Made by a program: the position numbers and the translations under genes. Below the pieces are notes generated by a model. That model worked only from the letters and a program-made list of their open reading frames with translations, was not told where the DNA came from and made no database searches. A DNA stretch of 63,377 nucleotides, the filler included, from Reticulomyxa filosa (taxonomy: Eukaryota > Protista > Foraminifera), in assembly GCA_000512085.1 (NCBI GenBank). It is 17 parts of 17 records of this genome, joined end to end, with 100 filler letters (N's around TTAATTAATTAA, not from the genome) between each part and the next. Parts side by side here need not be neighbours in the genome. Positions count along the whole stretch, not along the records: positions 32,160 to 38,236 come from ASPP01045364.1; positions 38,337 to 40,499 come from ASPP01043595.1; positions 40,600 to 44,432 come from ASPP01021124.1; positions 44,533 to 49,003 come from ASPP01004342.1; positions 49,104 to 52,624 come from ASPP01002152.1; 12 more parts are not named here. One strand, 5' to 3'. Positions 37,212-49,851 of the stretch are shown here, piece after piece. Numbering within the stretch: position 1 is the first letter of the stretch; each line of letters begins with the position of its first letter.

Positions 37212-38236
37212 TTAGAGGTTATAATACTTTTTTAATCGATCGCGGATTCTACCCAAAGCAATCGCACATTTGTTATTGTATTCGAAATCTTCAGTAGTTG
37301 AATCTCTCATTCCTATCTGCCACGAAGGATAAACTTTACTGCAATGATCATTAAATGTACGACCTGGAGAATAATTGTATTCATAATTTATGGAGCGTTC
37401 GCTTGCACTGACCACCCCACTAAATTTTTGTTTAGCTACGCAATCATTATCCGTTACAATTAATGTAAATTGATCCGAGGTTCCCCCGGTCCTGCCATTG
37501 TAACTTTTTCCATAAGAATATAAATTGACTGTGAGCTTATAAAGTCCTACTTTTGCACCTTTAAAATAGACACGCTCAACTGGATTTATTGCATCATACG
37601 CACCACTACCGGCATTCATATCAATTTGCAAATAGCCATTGCATGTATTACATTGCCTTGAACCAAAATAAATATGAGATCCACATGGACAAGTGACATG
37701 CAAATTCAAATCATTTGGACTATGCCATAATAAATCAAAATTAAGTGTACCAAATGTGACTCCTTCTCTTGCAAGTCTCTCTCTAAGTGCCACATCTTTT
37801 TCCTGGTATTCGTTGTTTCTTTCATTAGTATTTGTTGTAACTTCTTTCCAACGAGAATCGTTAATATTGTAATTCGAATCACAACAATCAGTGAGAAATT
37901 CTTTATTTCCTTTGGAATCTGCTTGCCATGTTCCTTTAAAACCCATTAATCTATGTTTTAATGCACTATGCTTCTTGTGGCCATCATCTCGGAGAGCACA
38001 TTTTACTCCACAGTATGGACATGTATGGATGCAACCCATGGCAGCTCGTGAATTTTCATTCATAACTTGAAGTAATCTATTTTCTAATTCTCTATTAATT
38101 ATCAATTCAATTTTTTCTGAATTTTCTTCACAGCGTTTCTGCAAAAATTCTAAAAACACGGTTGGTTCCTCAATTTTATCAAAAGAATTCTTTTCGTCAG
38201 GTGTATCATATTTACGTGAAAAAAGTGCCTCTTCTT
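37212..38236 (-). CDS. C-terminus of a GVIN1/VLIG-like very large GTPase with an inserted YfaP/DUF2135-like domain; 5'-truncated
   Basis: Frame is open to the contig end. GCIHTCPYCGVKC...H..H...HR..G..G...CCDS, then ERLAREG...LLWHSPNDLNLHVTCPCGSHIYFG...LQIDMN...PVERVYF, then YPSWQI. Confidence 0.6.
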
Positions 38237-39639
38237 NNNNNNNNNNNNNNNNNNNNNNNNNNNNNNNNNNNNNNNNNNNNTTAATTAATTAANNNNNNNN
38301 NNNNNNNNNNNNNNNNNNNNNNNNNNNNNNNNNNNNAATGAAGATATTGACAACTACAACTAGTGATACGACTTATTTGAACGATCTGTAGAAAAACAAA
38401 CATATAACTAATAGCACAAGTGAATGTAACAAATGCACTGGCCACTATAATTCAACAAAAGTTCAATAATAGTAGAAGATGCAAAGCAGATAATGTAATG
38501 CATAGTATATTTGATAGTAGACAAAAAAATGAATATTAGAACGAACTAGTTGCAGGAAGAGTCGTTTATATGAAAATACTAAGAAGTAAAACATAATTAA
38601 TGTGATGGTGCATGATCGGACAATTGTATGTAATTGCACAACAATTGAACAAAAAAGAGCAAATCACAAGATTGCAATATGATCAAATCAGCGTAAGAGA
38701 ATACATTGAAGACAACGACTGATAAAAAGAAAATAATAGTAAATACAATATCGAACGTTGTACTATAATAAAGACAAAGTAAAGGTCGATAACTAAGAGT
38801 TTGACAGCAAGTTCAAAGTTACTGTTAGAACATCAAAAGAAAGATATTACTTTATATAATCGCAATATAGACTAGACAAGTTTATACAAATATCCAGCAC
38901 ATAACCAACAAACATTAAATTTTCTAAACCTATATATCAATAATATTCTGTCTTTCTTCTGTCCATATATAGTGAATTCAATACATTCAATATAAACTAA
39001 CTTTTATTTCTTCCAAAAATACAACTTTTTTCAATAATATAGTTTAATTTTGTATTAATTAATAAAATTAAGTCTCTTTGCTTTATATTCTTCAGTTAGT
39101 TTCGGTTTTATCTTTTTGTAATAGTATATAATCCATTTAACTTCAAGTCTTAGTTATTACCAAATAAAAAACTATAACTTTTAGGTGGAAACTTTTCTAG
39201 AAAAATGTTAGCTTTGAATTCAACTGGACAATCAAATTATGACAACTCAATAATAAACTCAATCAAAACAAAGCATACATACAAGATGAGCAATCAATTG
39301 ACGATATCAAGCAACATGATAGGCCTAGCAAAAAATGGAACTATTATTATCGAAGAAACAACTACATATATCAAATAGCAACGACGATCTTCAGCGGGTG
39401 AGATCGACTTGTTCGACGACAAACTATCGATTGATTTGCATACTTTCGAAGTAAAAGCAGTAACAATAACACAATGTGATATAGTAGCATACTCTTTGGC
39501 GAGAGCAAGGTTGACAATAACATATTGTACTAGACTAATTTTAATCTTCAAGTCTGACGGATCCACTAGACATATTGCAATATGAAGTTTCTTTCGAAGA
39601 GAATCAAAAGCAATACTTTATGCAAGATATAAAGATACA

Positions 39640-40085
39640 TTAAACAAATTGTGTGATCCAAACAATTTGCAATCTTGATATGGAGTGCTTTGTGCATGGA
39701 CTCAAATTGGCAATAAAATAATTAGATGAATCCATTCATTGTAATTTTTTGATTTATCTATTTTATTGTCATCACTCCAAACGCTTACATATTTAATCAC
39801 CAATGCATATTTACTTGATCCACCAAAAGATAACAAAGTGGCTTCATTGTGTCTTTATTGTTGCTATTATCGTTGTATATCAGTTTCGCTGCAGTGTCCC
39901 CATAATTGAACAGTAATTGGATAATCACATATAAACTTGTATTCGTTTTGAGTGTATTATAAGAATAACACTCTTGTTGATCATAACATCTACAAACGAG
40001 GATTTTGTCTTTGTGCAGCACACATTGTGATTTAATAAGTGCAAATCCTTCGAACTTTGAAAGGAAGTTGTGCTTTGATTACCTG
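39640..40085 (-). pseudogene. Kelch-repeat family pseudogene
   Basis: Frameshifted pieces TTSFQSSKDL, VLHKDKILVC, ECYSYNTLK, FICDYPITVQLWGHC, TLLSFGG and KYVSVWSDDN. Confidence 0.6.
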
Positions 40086-40665
40086 CTAAATTTTTTTTAA
40101 CTTTTTTTAAAAAGGGGATGTGACATGATTCTTTTGAAAAAACGAAAAAATAATTAAAAAGACTTTGCATTGCAATAAATTTACATAAAAATAACAAATT
40201 CAAAAGTTGTATTGATGTACTTTTGCTTTAAAAAATTATCAAATCAAATGAACTGGTGGAACTCTTGTGTTAACTGTGGTTAAAAATGTATTTCACAGTA
40301 AAGTCAGAATAACAAATGGAAAGCGTTGTGATCTACAGAGATAAATTGTCTCGTCTAAAATGTGAAAATATTCAAAAAATAGTAAAATCACATCTTTTTA
40401 ATAAACATTTATGAGTTCATGTCACGTCTTACTGAAGAGAAAAAGGGTTTTTTTTGTGTCTATTCTTGTGCCGGTTTGTATTTGGGGTGATATTACCCAN
40501 NNNNNNNNNNNNNNNNNNNNNNNNNNNNNNNNNNNNNNNNNNNTTAATTAATTAANNNNNNNNNNNNNNNNNNNNNNNNNNNNNNNNNNNNNNNNNNNNT
40601 TAGTTGTTGTTAGACTTTATTTTGATTAAGCAAATACACAAAAAAAAGGTAACGAAGGAAGATTA

Positions 40666-43600
40666 TTGTCATTTGTCGGAATGATGGCAATTCCAGAGGC
40701 CATGAGCGATGACATGAGAGAACAATTCAAACGCAACCAAGACAGATTGGAGAAATTGTATGAAGCACGTTCTGAACAATTTCGAATTGCTGCCGAAAGA
40801 GTTCATCAAGCACAAAAGCATAATCAAATGAAGAATTTATTAGTAGGAGAAAAAAAAAAGACCAATGTGAGACAAGAGTTGGAACAAAGCAGACAACGAA
40901 CAAAGACATTGGAGGACCAAATAGAGATTTTGGGAACGAATATAGAGCGCGATATGGAGGAGATGATGAAGAAGTTGAACTAGAGCACCTAGAAAATTAC
41001 GGCTGAAATGGAGCATCGTTACGCCGATTTGATCAACGCTACAAACAAAAACTGGCCGACTTGCAAACGTCCATGGATGAACTTAAAGCGTCCGCCACTT
41101 CATACGACATTCATCGCTTGGAACAAAAGATATAGCATTTGGAAACTGACGCTATGACATATCAAAAGTCCATCACATGTCATTTTTTTTAAAAAAATAT
41201 ATCTATTTCCCTTTTTTTTTTCATCCTCATTGCAAAAAAAAAATTGTACCACCTCCAATCTCCCCCTTTCAATGAACTATACACAAAAAAAATTTATGAA
41301 TTGACCAACTCGAATGAATAGGAAATCCAATCATTACAACAAAAAAATCAATCGCTTCAACATGATTTAAAAGTTAAAAAAAAGTATACGTTCTAAAGTT
41401 GTTTACTATATTTTCCTTATATCACCATCTATCAACTTATACCCTTTTATGTGATTGTTACTATTTGTATATTTGTTAAAAAATTGATGTAGTTAGATCA
41501 TATGATGATATCAACACACATATTAAAAAAAATGGTAATAATAAACAAATGCTCAGTATGCCATTGGACACGGACAAAAGCTGGAACATCATGTGATCGA
41601 CCTTTCATTGCAAAATGTGTCATATGGAAAGGCCTTGGAAGCAAACAAAGAACAATTGGCACATGACCACAACGAAGAATCAAATCGACTGAAAATTACT
41701 ATTGGCAGTCTCAATTCGGAAAATAATGATATACGACTCCGATTAAAAGTATGTGTGTGTTTGACATTTATTTGTAAAACTGTTTTTGACTTTTTTTTTT
41801 AAAAAAAAGGTACAATAAGGTGTATAAAAAAAAAAAGATTGAAAGGTGAACTAGTGGAAATAGAAAGACAGCACCACTCGCAAGTCAAAGTTCTACAACG
41901 AGAAAAAGATTAATATGTCACCGCTACCACCAGCGCCGAGCTCAATGACACCACCGTCGAATTGCAATTACAAATCGAACAACTCAAACACGAAAACAGC
42001 AATCATCAAGCAATCATTGATGTGAGTTACTTTTTTTTTTAATTATAAAAAAAAAATACTTGACGAGTTTTTATTATTTGTATACATAAATATATAAATA
42101 TAAATATATTTAATGTATATAATATATGAAGGAAATGAAACAATTGCTAGTAACTTCGGAAAAGAAGCAGCAAGATGGAGCGTCCGCAGTATAAGTTGAA
42201 AAGTCAGCATTGAGACAATAATGTGAAGCATTGCATATTCAATTGATGCAAACCAAACAAGTATTGCCTTGTGCTTTTTTTTTTTTTTTTACATAGATCC
42301 TTTTTTTTTTCCAAAAAAAAACCAACATAATAATCAACTAATGTTCAAATAGGATTTGACTACGACCATTGACACATTGGAAAAAGAAAAGAAGTCGCTG
42401 GAAAGTCAATCGAACGTTTAGCTCACTTTTTTTTTTAAAAAAAAAAAATTAAATTGTATTATGTATTATGTAAAATTATTATCACTATTATTTGTGTTTG
42501 TAAAAAAAAATAAAAGGATGTCAAACAAGTATGCGAAAAGTTGAAAAAACAACTTGACGCTATTACTTCTGAAAATTCCAAATTTCAAACCCAAGCACAG
42601 TTACTTTTTGTCTTTGTTTTGTTTTTGAAGTATACGCAATAATGAAATCTTTATTCTATTTTTGTAGTAAGAAATATTCAAAATGAAATAAAACAAAAAG
42701 CAATTGAATGAAGCAGAAAGATCGCTGGCATTGCTGCGAACGGAGTTAGAGGAATTACAAAACCGCAAAAAAGATCATGCAAGAGTCAATTGAAGAAACA
42801 TAGACTAAATACGGCAAACATTTGGAAGAATGGCAACGAGAAAAAGAGACGTTGCTTACACAGATTCGTGCCACGGGTGATGAGAAAGGTACTGTGGCTC
42901 AATTGCAAGAGCAAATTACTCAATTGAAGCAAGAGCATGAACAGGCCCAACAAGCACTGCAAATTAGATTCTATCTTTTTTTTTTTACAACTATTTCGAT
43001 GTCGACCTTTTGGTCTCACAGTTGTCCGCATCCAACACTTTGTCCGAACTGAACACGGTGAAACAATAAAAAGAGGAGCTGCAAAAGCAAGTGATAGTTA
43101 AGACTCTATATATACACACTACGTTACTATTCTTGAAAGGACTGTATCATAAACTCAGCCAAATCAAAATGCCATGCTCATAGGAAAAAAGAGAAGAAGC
43201 AGCACAAGTGCCGAAGCAGCTCTTCGATCGCATCATCGATATGGAAGATGATCAACAAAAACTACATGTTTGAATATATATTTATATAACATGATTGAAC
43301 ATGAATCATTTTGTGTATGTATGGAATAACACATTGTTCAGGAAAAAAAGAAACAGCACTTCGAGCATTAGAAGGTAGCAATCAACGAATGTCGAAGTTG
43401 GAACATGCGTTAACAAAAGAAAGAGATAATGTGCGAGAAGTTGCCTTGTTGCTGGAACAAGATCAATCCAAATATACCACGTTGCAATTGGAACAACGCT
43501 CTTTGACCAATCAAGTCATTGTCTTAAGACACGTTTTGTTTTGAAACAATTTTTTTTTTCCACTATCTCTTCTATCTTAGATCAATTTTTTTTTCCATTT

Positions 43601-44432
43601 GATTTAAATTAGATTCGGATTGTTATGTTTGTTTAAAAAAAAAGAAAATAACGGAACAATACGCTAAAATCTTGAAATTGACTGAAAGAAAGGACCACTT
43701 GGAGACATTGGAAGCAGAAAAGAAAGAGCTTGAATCGGCACTGACAGAAGCTCAAAGCAAAGAAAAAGAACATGCACAAGTATAAGTGCAATCACAATAA
43801 CAAAAAAAAGTCAAAGAACCAGATGTCATTGAGCAAGACGCTCCTCCAAAGGAAGTTGCTGCGACTGAACATATATACGCCGTTCAACAAGACTCGTATC
43901 ACAACTCCACAGCCGAAGACTATCAAAAACAAGTCCAAAACACTAACATGCTGCCAACGTGCACACACAAGCACATATTGAAGCAGTTTGTTTATATTAC
44001 CTTTTTTTTTTTAATTATCTTTTTTGAATAATAATAATAAAATAAAATAAATGAAATGATGACAGTTGACTCGTGAAACGTCAATAGCGTACAATGATTT
44101 GGAAACTGACAATGACGAAGACAATGTCATCGAATTGAATTGGGCATATTGCATAGTTTTTATTAAGACGAAGATCAACTTGCAAACAGATGATAAGATA
44201 TAGTAGAAATTGCAAGACGAAAACGGACAGATCACTGCAAGCAAGTGGGTGGAGTTGATGATCTTTGTCGACAAGCTACATTTGTCGCAAAAATTTGTAC
44301 AAGCATCAAGAGTCGAAATGGATAATCAAAATGTGGATTGCTATTTGGATGAATATAAGAATTAGATGCAGGATCATGCGAAGGAATAGAATCGCTGCTC
44401 CTGAGACTAAAGTGACGCCGGAAACGTCGGGT
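40666..44432 (+). pseudogene. Multi-exon coiled-coil gene (about 14 exons) with 15 in-frame stops
   Basis: Exons translate to Q/E/K/L-rich coiled coil, bounded mostly by GT-AG introns. Stops are 9 TAG, 5 TAA and 1 TGA, plus a few single-base frameshifts. Confidence 0.75.
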
Positions 44433-44559
44433 NNNNNNNNNNNNNNNNNNNNNNNNNNNNNNNNNNNNNNNNNNNNTTAATTAATTAANNNNNNNNNNNN
44501 NNNNNNNNNNNNNNNNNNNNNNNNNNNNNNNNGTTGATATTTTTAATTGACATTTCAAA

Positions 44560-44990
44560 ATTTTGATATTTAAAATATTGAAACATTTGATTGCTTTTAA
44601 GAAAAGATTTACTGTTGGTATGCTGGTTGGTAGAGCTAGCATTCGATCTGTAGCAAAGAAATTTAATATAAGTATAGCTTCGATTTCGTCTGTCGTCATA
44701 CAAGTGTAATGGAACCGTAAAAGAAAAGCTGGATCTGTCAGGTCAGAGAAAATTCATCTGTCACAAAACTAAAAAAATAATGGATCAGTTTAAAAAAAAT
44801 AATATAACTGATAAATTTTCCTCCTAATTCACCAGACCTAAATCCAATTGATATAATTTAGTGGATAATTAAAGTAAAATTATATAGATGCGAAAAAATT
44901 AACAACAAATAACTTTGTGAAAAATTTGAAAAAATATGTTAAAAAACTGACACTAAACTATGTCAAGCTCTAGTTGAGCAAATGCCAAAG
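44560..44990 (+). mobile_element. Internally deleted Tc1/mariner-superfamily remnant
   Basis: HTH-like SIRSVAKKFNISIASIS...RKAGS.R followed within about 100 bp by FPPNSPDLNPIDII*WIIK (from 44817). Confidence 0.7.
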
Positions 44991-46346
44991 TAAAAATCAA
45001 CAAAATAATAAAAACATTACAAAAAAAAAATGTTAAACAAAAAAAATTTTTTTTAAAAATTCAAAATTTTGTTTAAAATTATGAAAGATACAATGCTAAT
45101 CTTTTTTTAAAAAGTATCTACGTGACTTGAAGATTCCTAAAATGAAAACAAAAAGATTAAAAAATTTCTTATTTTCAATACAGTTTCAATTTATATGAAC
45201 TCCTTCGAAATTTTTTAAAATCATTTGAAAAAATCATATTTTTGATCAACCTAGAAAAAATGTATTATAAAACCAATTTTATATTTAAAAACTACAAAAT
45301 TAGTATATATTTTTAAAAAAATTATGTTTAAATTTTTATTTTTCATTGAGAAAATCGATTTTCTTCATATAGTGCCATTTATGTATGCCAGTTTTTTTTG
45401 CAATCTACTGTACTCACACAATCCGATCCAACAATTTTGTTTTTGATTATTTTACTCTTATATTAAATATTTCTTCAACTAGTTCGTTACGATGTTCGAG
45501 TTTCGTTTCATTGTATATCATTAAATGTATTATGTTGTTTCACTACATAATTACTACTGTTATTTGAAGAGAAAATGTTGTTTGTTTTTAGTTTTGTACT
45601 TGTTGCTTATTAATACTTGCATTGCTTATCAATTTTGCATTAGACAATATTTTGAACGCTTGTTGAATGACTTATTTTATTGTCATATTTACTTGTTATG
45701 ATTTTGTGTTTGTTTTTCTTCAAGTCGTTCAAATAAATCATATCACTGGCCGCAGTCATTAATATATTCATTTATGTGACAATTATATGTTGTGCAATTA
45801 TCCATAATTTTGTGTTGCATTTGTCATAAGATGCGCTCATGATCAATGAGCTGATGTACTATATGATGACATAGTCTTCATATGTTTTTTGCACGCTATG
45901 ATTGGACAAGTGATGTTTAAATATTTCGTTGTTGTCCGGTCAGATTCCACTGTGCTTAGAGGTACTAAGCAATTCGACATTGCTACTTGTACAAGTGAAT
46001 ACAAGCATACTTGCCACTCGGGTGTGTTTGTGCGAAATGAATGTGTATCATGTATGAACGAGTTTTTTTTTTCCAAAACTAAAATCACTCAAAATAGTAT
46101 TTCCTCACGCTATTAAAAATGTATTTATAAAACTTTAAGAATTTGGTTTTAAGAAGCGTTGTAAAAGTTTTCAATATTTATGAAAAATTTTTTAGAGATG
46201 ATAGTTAATAGATAAAAACGATTTAATTAATGCATTTAACAAATTCAAAGAAAATCACACCTTTAAGAACATTCCTAAAACTCTTGCTTTGGTACTTTTC
46301 CAAAAAGATGATTTTGTTTTCCTCAGAAATAAAATATTGAAGTGTG

Positions 46347-47959
46347 TTATAACTTGCTAAATTGGCTACCCAATGTGGCAAATTTTTTGCCACCAGACAA
46401 AGATTCCAAAGCCAAAACTAAGGCCTGTGTTCCCTTTCTTCCGTGTCCTTGCGCTTGCAGTGCAATATAAAGTTGTTGTGCTAACGCTAATCCAGGCAGA
46501 GATAAATTCATTCGTTTGCTTTCTTCCAACGCAATTCCCATATCCTTAATGAAATGCTCAACAAAAAATCCAGGATTGAAGTCTCCTTTCACAATTCGAG
46601 GTCCCAAAACATTTATCGAAAAAGAAGCCGCACCACCGCCACCAACCTATGTTTTATTTTTTTGTTTGTTTTATTTTTTTTTTTTACTTAAAAAAAAATG
46701 CTAACTAACCGCTTTGATGACTTCTTCCAAATTTAAGCCGACTTTATGAGCGTATAATAATCCTTCACAGACACCGATCTGTGCAAGTGTCCATTCGAAA
46801 GAAAGAGAAAGAAAAAGCAACAAAACAAAAGAGAGAGTGTGTAAAAGGTGTATCTGTTTGTCCTTTATTGTGTTTGCATATGTCACATTACGACGAACAA
46901 AAGTAAAAGCGATATACAATCTCATAATGTTAACCATATTTGAAGCAATCAAAATTTGATTGACCATTTTGGTATGTTGTCCTCGTCCAGCAGGGCCCAT
47001 ATATTGGATAGTCTTGCCCATGAGTTGGAACAATCCGTGGACTTTGTCCAAAGCGCTCTTGTCACCACCGACCATTATCGACAACGTTGCATTTTTTGCA
47101 CCAACATCACCACCACTTACCGGAGCATCTTTTTTGTGTTGTTTCGGTTACGATACACGTCACAAATATTAAAAAAAAAAATAATGATAAGGAGTACAAA
47201 ACCAAATGCTTTGATTTTTTTCTTGGCTGCTTCGGCCGCAATCTCTTCAGCTAAGCTGGGCTAATCATTTGTGTTTTTTCACAAAGTGGATCTTTATAGG
47301 TGTTCATGACCGTGGCACATATACAACACTTATAAATAAACAAAACTTCACTCGTGGTCATATCAACAACAATCGATCCTGGTTTGGCTCCAGCGAGGAT
47401 TCCCTTTTTTCCCAAAAAAGTTTCTCTCACATCTTTAGGATACCCAACAATACTAAATATCACATCTATTTTTTTTTTTTTTTTGTAACAATAATGCACT
47501 TTTAACAAAAAACTTACAAAAAAAAAATACCTGAATAGTTGCGCAACATGCATTGGTGATTCTACAAATTTTGCGCCTAATTTTTCTAAAGGTTCACATT
47601 TTGAGCGGGTCCGATTAAAAATTGTCATCTGTTGTATTTGTTTTTGATTTTGTATGATTTTATTTTTAGTGTTTGTCGTTCAGAGCAGAAGAATAGTTTC
47701 ATTTGTTTTAATGTACTTTACCGGATATCCAGCCTTCATCAAGTGCTCACACATGTATCTGCCCATCACACCTATTTGTTATTATGTTTGTATCATTTCG
47801 TTCAGTAATGAGCACTTATTTGTGTGATGAAAACGTGGCTGAAGAAATTCAGTACTTTTTTTAATCCAGGTATTTCTTACCAGTTCCAACCCAGCCAATT
47901 TTCAGGTCTTTCTTTGCTGATCCCGAGCTTACAGACGCAAGTTTTTGATTATTTGTCAT
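46347..47959 (-). CDS. NAD(P)-dependent beta-hydroxyacid dehydrogenase (3-hydroxyisobutyrate/tartronate semialdehyde reductase family), multi-exon
   Basis: IGWVGTG|[47 protein letters not shown] and [18 protein letters not shown]. Confidence 0.9.
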
Positions 47960-48467
47960 TTTTCTTAAAAATTTATACAGGAACAAATTAAAAGTTTTTA
48001 GGTAGATCCAAAAAGTAGAAAACCGCTTCGTTAGTTTTTACAGTACTTTTTTTACTAGAGCAAACAGAGTGAAAACAAGTTTTGTGTAATATCTAGTTAT
48101 GTGATTTTCAGATAAATATTTCGTCTGTCAACAAAATTCGTTTACAATATCTAGTGCAACGTTGGCAATTTGTCCCATATTCAATTATCAGTCAATCTAT
48201 CATTGACTAGTTTCTTTTCTTTTACAAATAACTTTACAATGAACAGGCATAGTTGTACAACTTAGAAAAGCATTCTCTGTCAGAAATTCAACTCATTTAC
48301 ATTATTCCTCGCAAGTTTGTTATGCAATTCGAGTTGACATAGTACATTATTTTTAAAAAAGTTGTCTCGGAGTGGAAATATCAGAAAAATATACGTTGAA
48401 CTTTGAAAAGCAAAAAAAGAAATTTTAAAAATTGAATTTCCATTTCAACGTAAAAAAGTAGAGCAGA

Positions 48468-49003
48468 ATGACAGCCGTTATCACTGACGAAGATTATAAT
48501 GCAATGTTTGCCGATGAGACGCTTGAAGCAGAAATAGAGGAAATGTGTTACTTGGAAGAGCTTTATCAAGAGAGTTTGTACGATACTATTCCTCCATCCT
48601 CATTTGATGTCCCTACAACGAGTTTCAATTCTTCGCTGAAGAGGAGAAGGAGGGGAGGAGGAGAAAGAAGAAAGGAAAGAGAAAAAAAAAATGGGACGAC
48701 ACATGACCCACAAAGTTGCATAGACCTTGAATATCAATGAAAACAATACAGCAACGACAACAGAAGACGAGAAAGTGTCTCAAATGGGTGTCCTTAACGT
48801 GAATATTTGCCCAAAGGCCTTTCCGGCTGGTTTTGCGTGCATAACAAAGGGACATGGTTGGGTGTTAACACCACACGGAGAAGAGCGTGCAATTATTGTG
48901 CGACATGACGAAAACGCTTCAGTTCATATCACAAAAAAAAAAAAAAAAAAAAAAACGTATACTAATGACGCCTACGTATATACTTTACGGAAAGGGGGAG
49001 AGG
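48468..49003 (+). CDS. Hypothetical protein N-terminus, truncated
   Basis: Acidic ORF from ATG 48468, continued by overlapping ORF 48727 onward; no family recognised. Confidence 0.4.
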
Positions 49004-49103
49004 NNNNNNNNNNNNNNNNNNNNNNNNNNNNNNNNNNNNNNNNNNNNTTAATTAATTAANNNNNNNNNNNNNNNNNNNNNNNNNNNNNNNNNNNNNNNNN
49101 NNN

Positions 49104-49213
49104 ACGGCGAAATTGGTCTGAATTTAACCCTTTGATAGCTTCGTATTTCATAACTTCCTATATTAGTTACTAAATACTTTTTAATCTATTTCTTTTAGTT
49201 TCGAAAGAAGTCT
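49104..49213 (-). mobile_element. Left end of an IS5-family (ISL2-group-like) insertion sequence
   Basis: Minus strand reads (A)GACTTCTTTCGAAACT...AGGAAGTT ATG(49151) MKYEAIKGLNSDQFRR, like the MKY..IK.L...FRRLTG start of these transposases. The contig breaks inside it. Confidence 0.6.
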
Positions 49214-49517
49214 AATCAATTTTTGTTTTAAGATCATAAATAAAATTTAGTTTATTTTTTTCTAAGCTTTGTTCTGGATAAATGATGTAACATTCTAACG
49301 TTGAATCATCATATTTATTTTTTATTAAAACTTCGTATTGCTTAATCTGTTTAATAATTTCTGTTTGTTGTTGATTATTTAATTCTCTAATACACCATTC
49401 AAATTCACCATGATGATAACCGTTTAAGTATTTTACTCGAATATAATCTTGTAAAACTTGCCTAATCCTGCTATTAGGATCAATTTCTATGTTATTTAGA
49501 AAATCTTTTACTTTCAT
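49212..49517 (-). CDS. Bacterial hypothetical protein (island cargo), possibly truncated by the IS
   Basis: 101-aa intronless ORF; its TAG overlaps the putative IS end. Confidence 0.5.
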   Translation of the reverse strand: MKVKDFLNNIEIDPNSRIRQVLQDYIRVKYLNGYHHGEFEWCIRELNNQQQTEIIKQIKQYEVLIKNKYDDSTLECYIIYPEQSLEKNKLNFIYDLKTKID

Positions 49518-49851
49518 TTTATACCAAAATACCTGCTTACTATTAGCTCAAAGCTTATTTATTAAAGTTAGTTCTCAAGCAATTATCTCTTCTCTGTGTA
49601 ATATCTATTTTGAGTTAATTCAATTAACCATAAATTATTTTATTCAAGACCTTATCTTTATTTAAAGAAGCATTATAATAATATAATTAGTATTTACAAA
49701 TATTTATTCATATTTTTTTAATATATTCTTCATATATCTTATTTTTTATACATTTATCAATAGTAAATCTATTTCAAACAACGATTAAATTAATTAAAAA
49801 TAAAGTTGTTCAATTGCTTAAGTAACATAAAATAAGCATATATTATTCTTG

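Noticed and set aside
40666-44432. Genome-wide TAA/TAG=Gln genetic code
   Set aside because: Intact genes here end at TAA or TAG right after conserved C-termini (the dehydrogenase, TATDN1, MRPL16) and have no internal TAR. The second nonsense-rich locus is dominated by TGA. Kept only as a minor alternative for this one contig.
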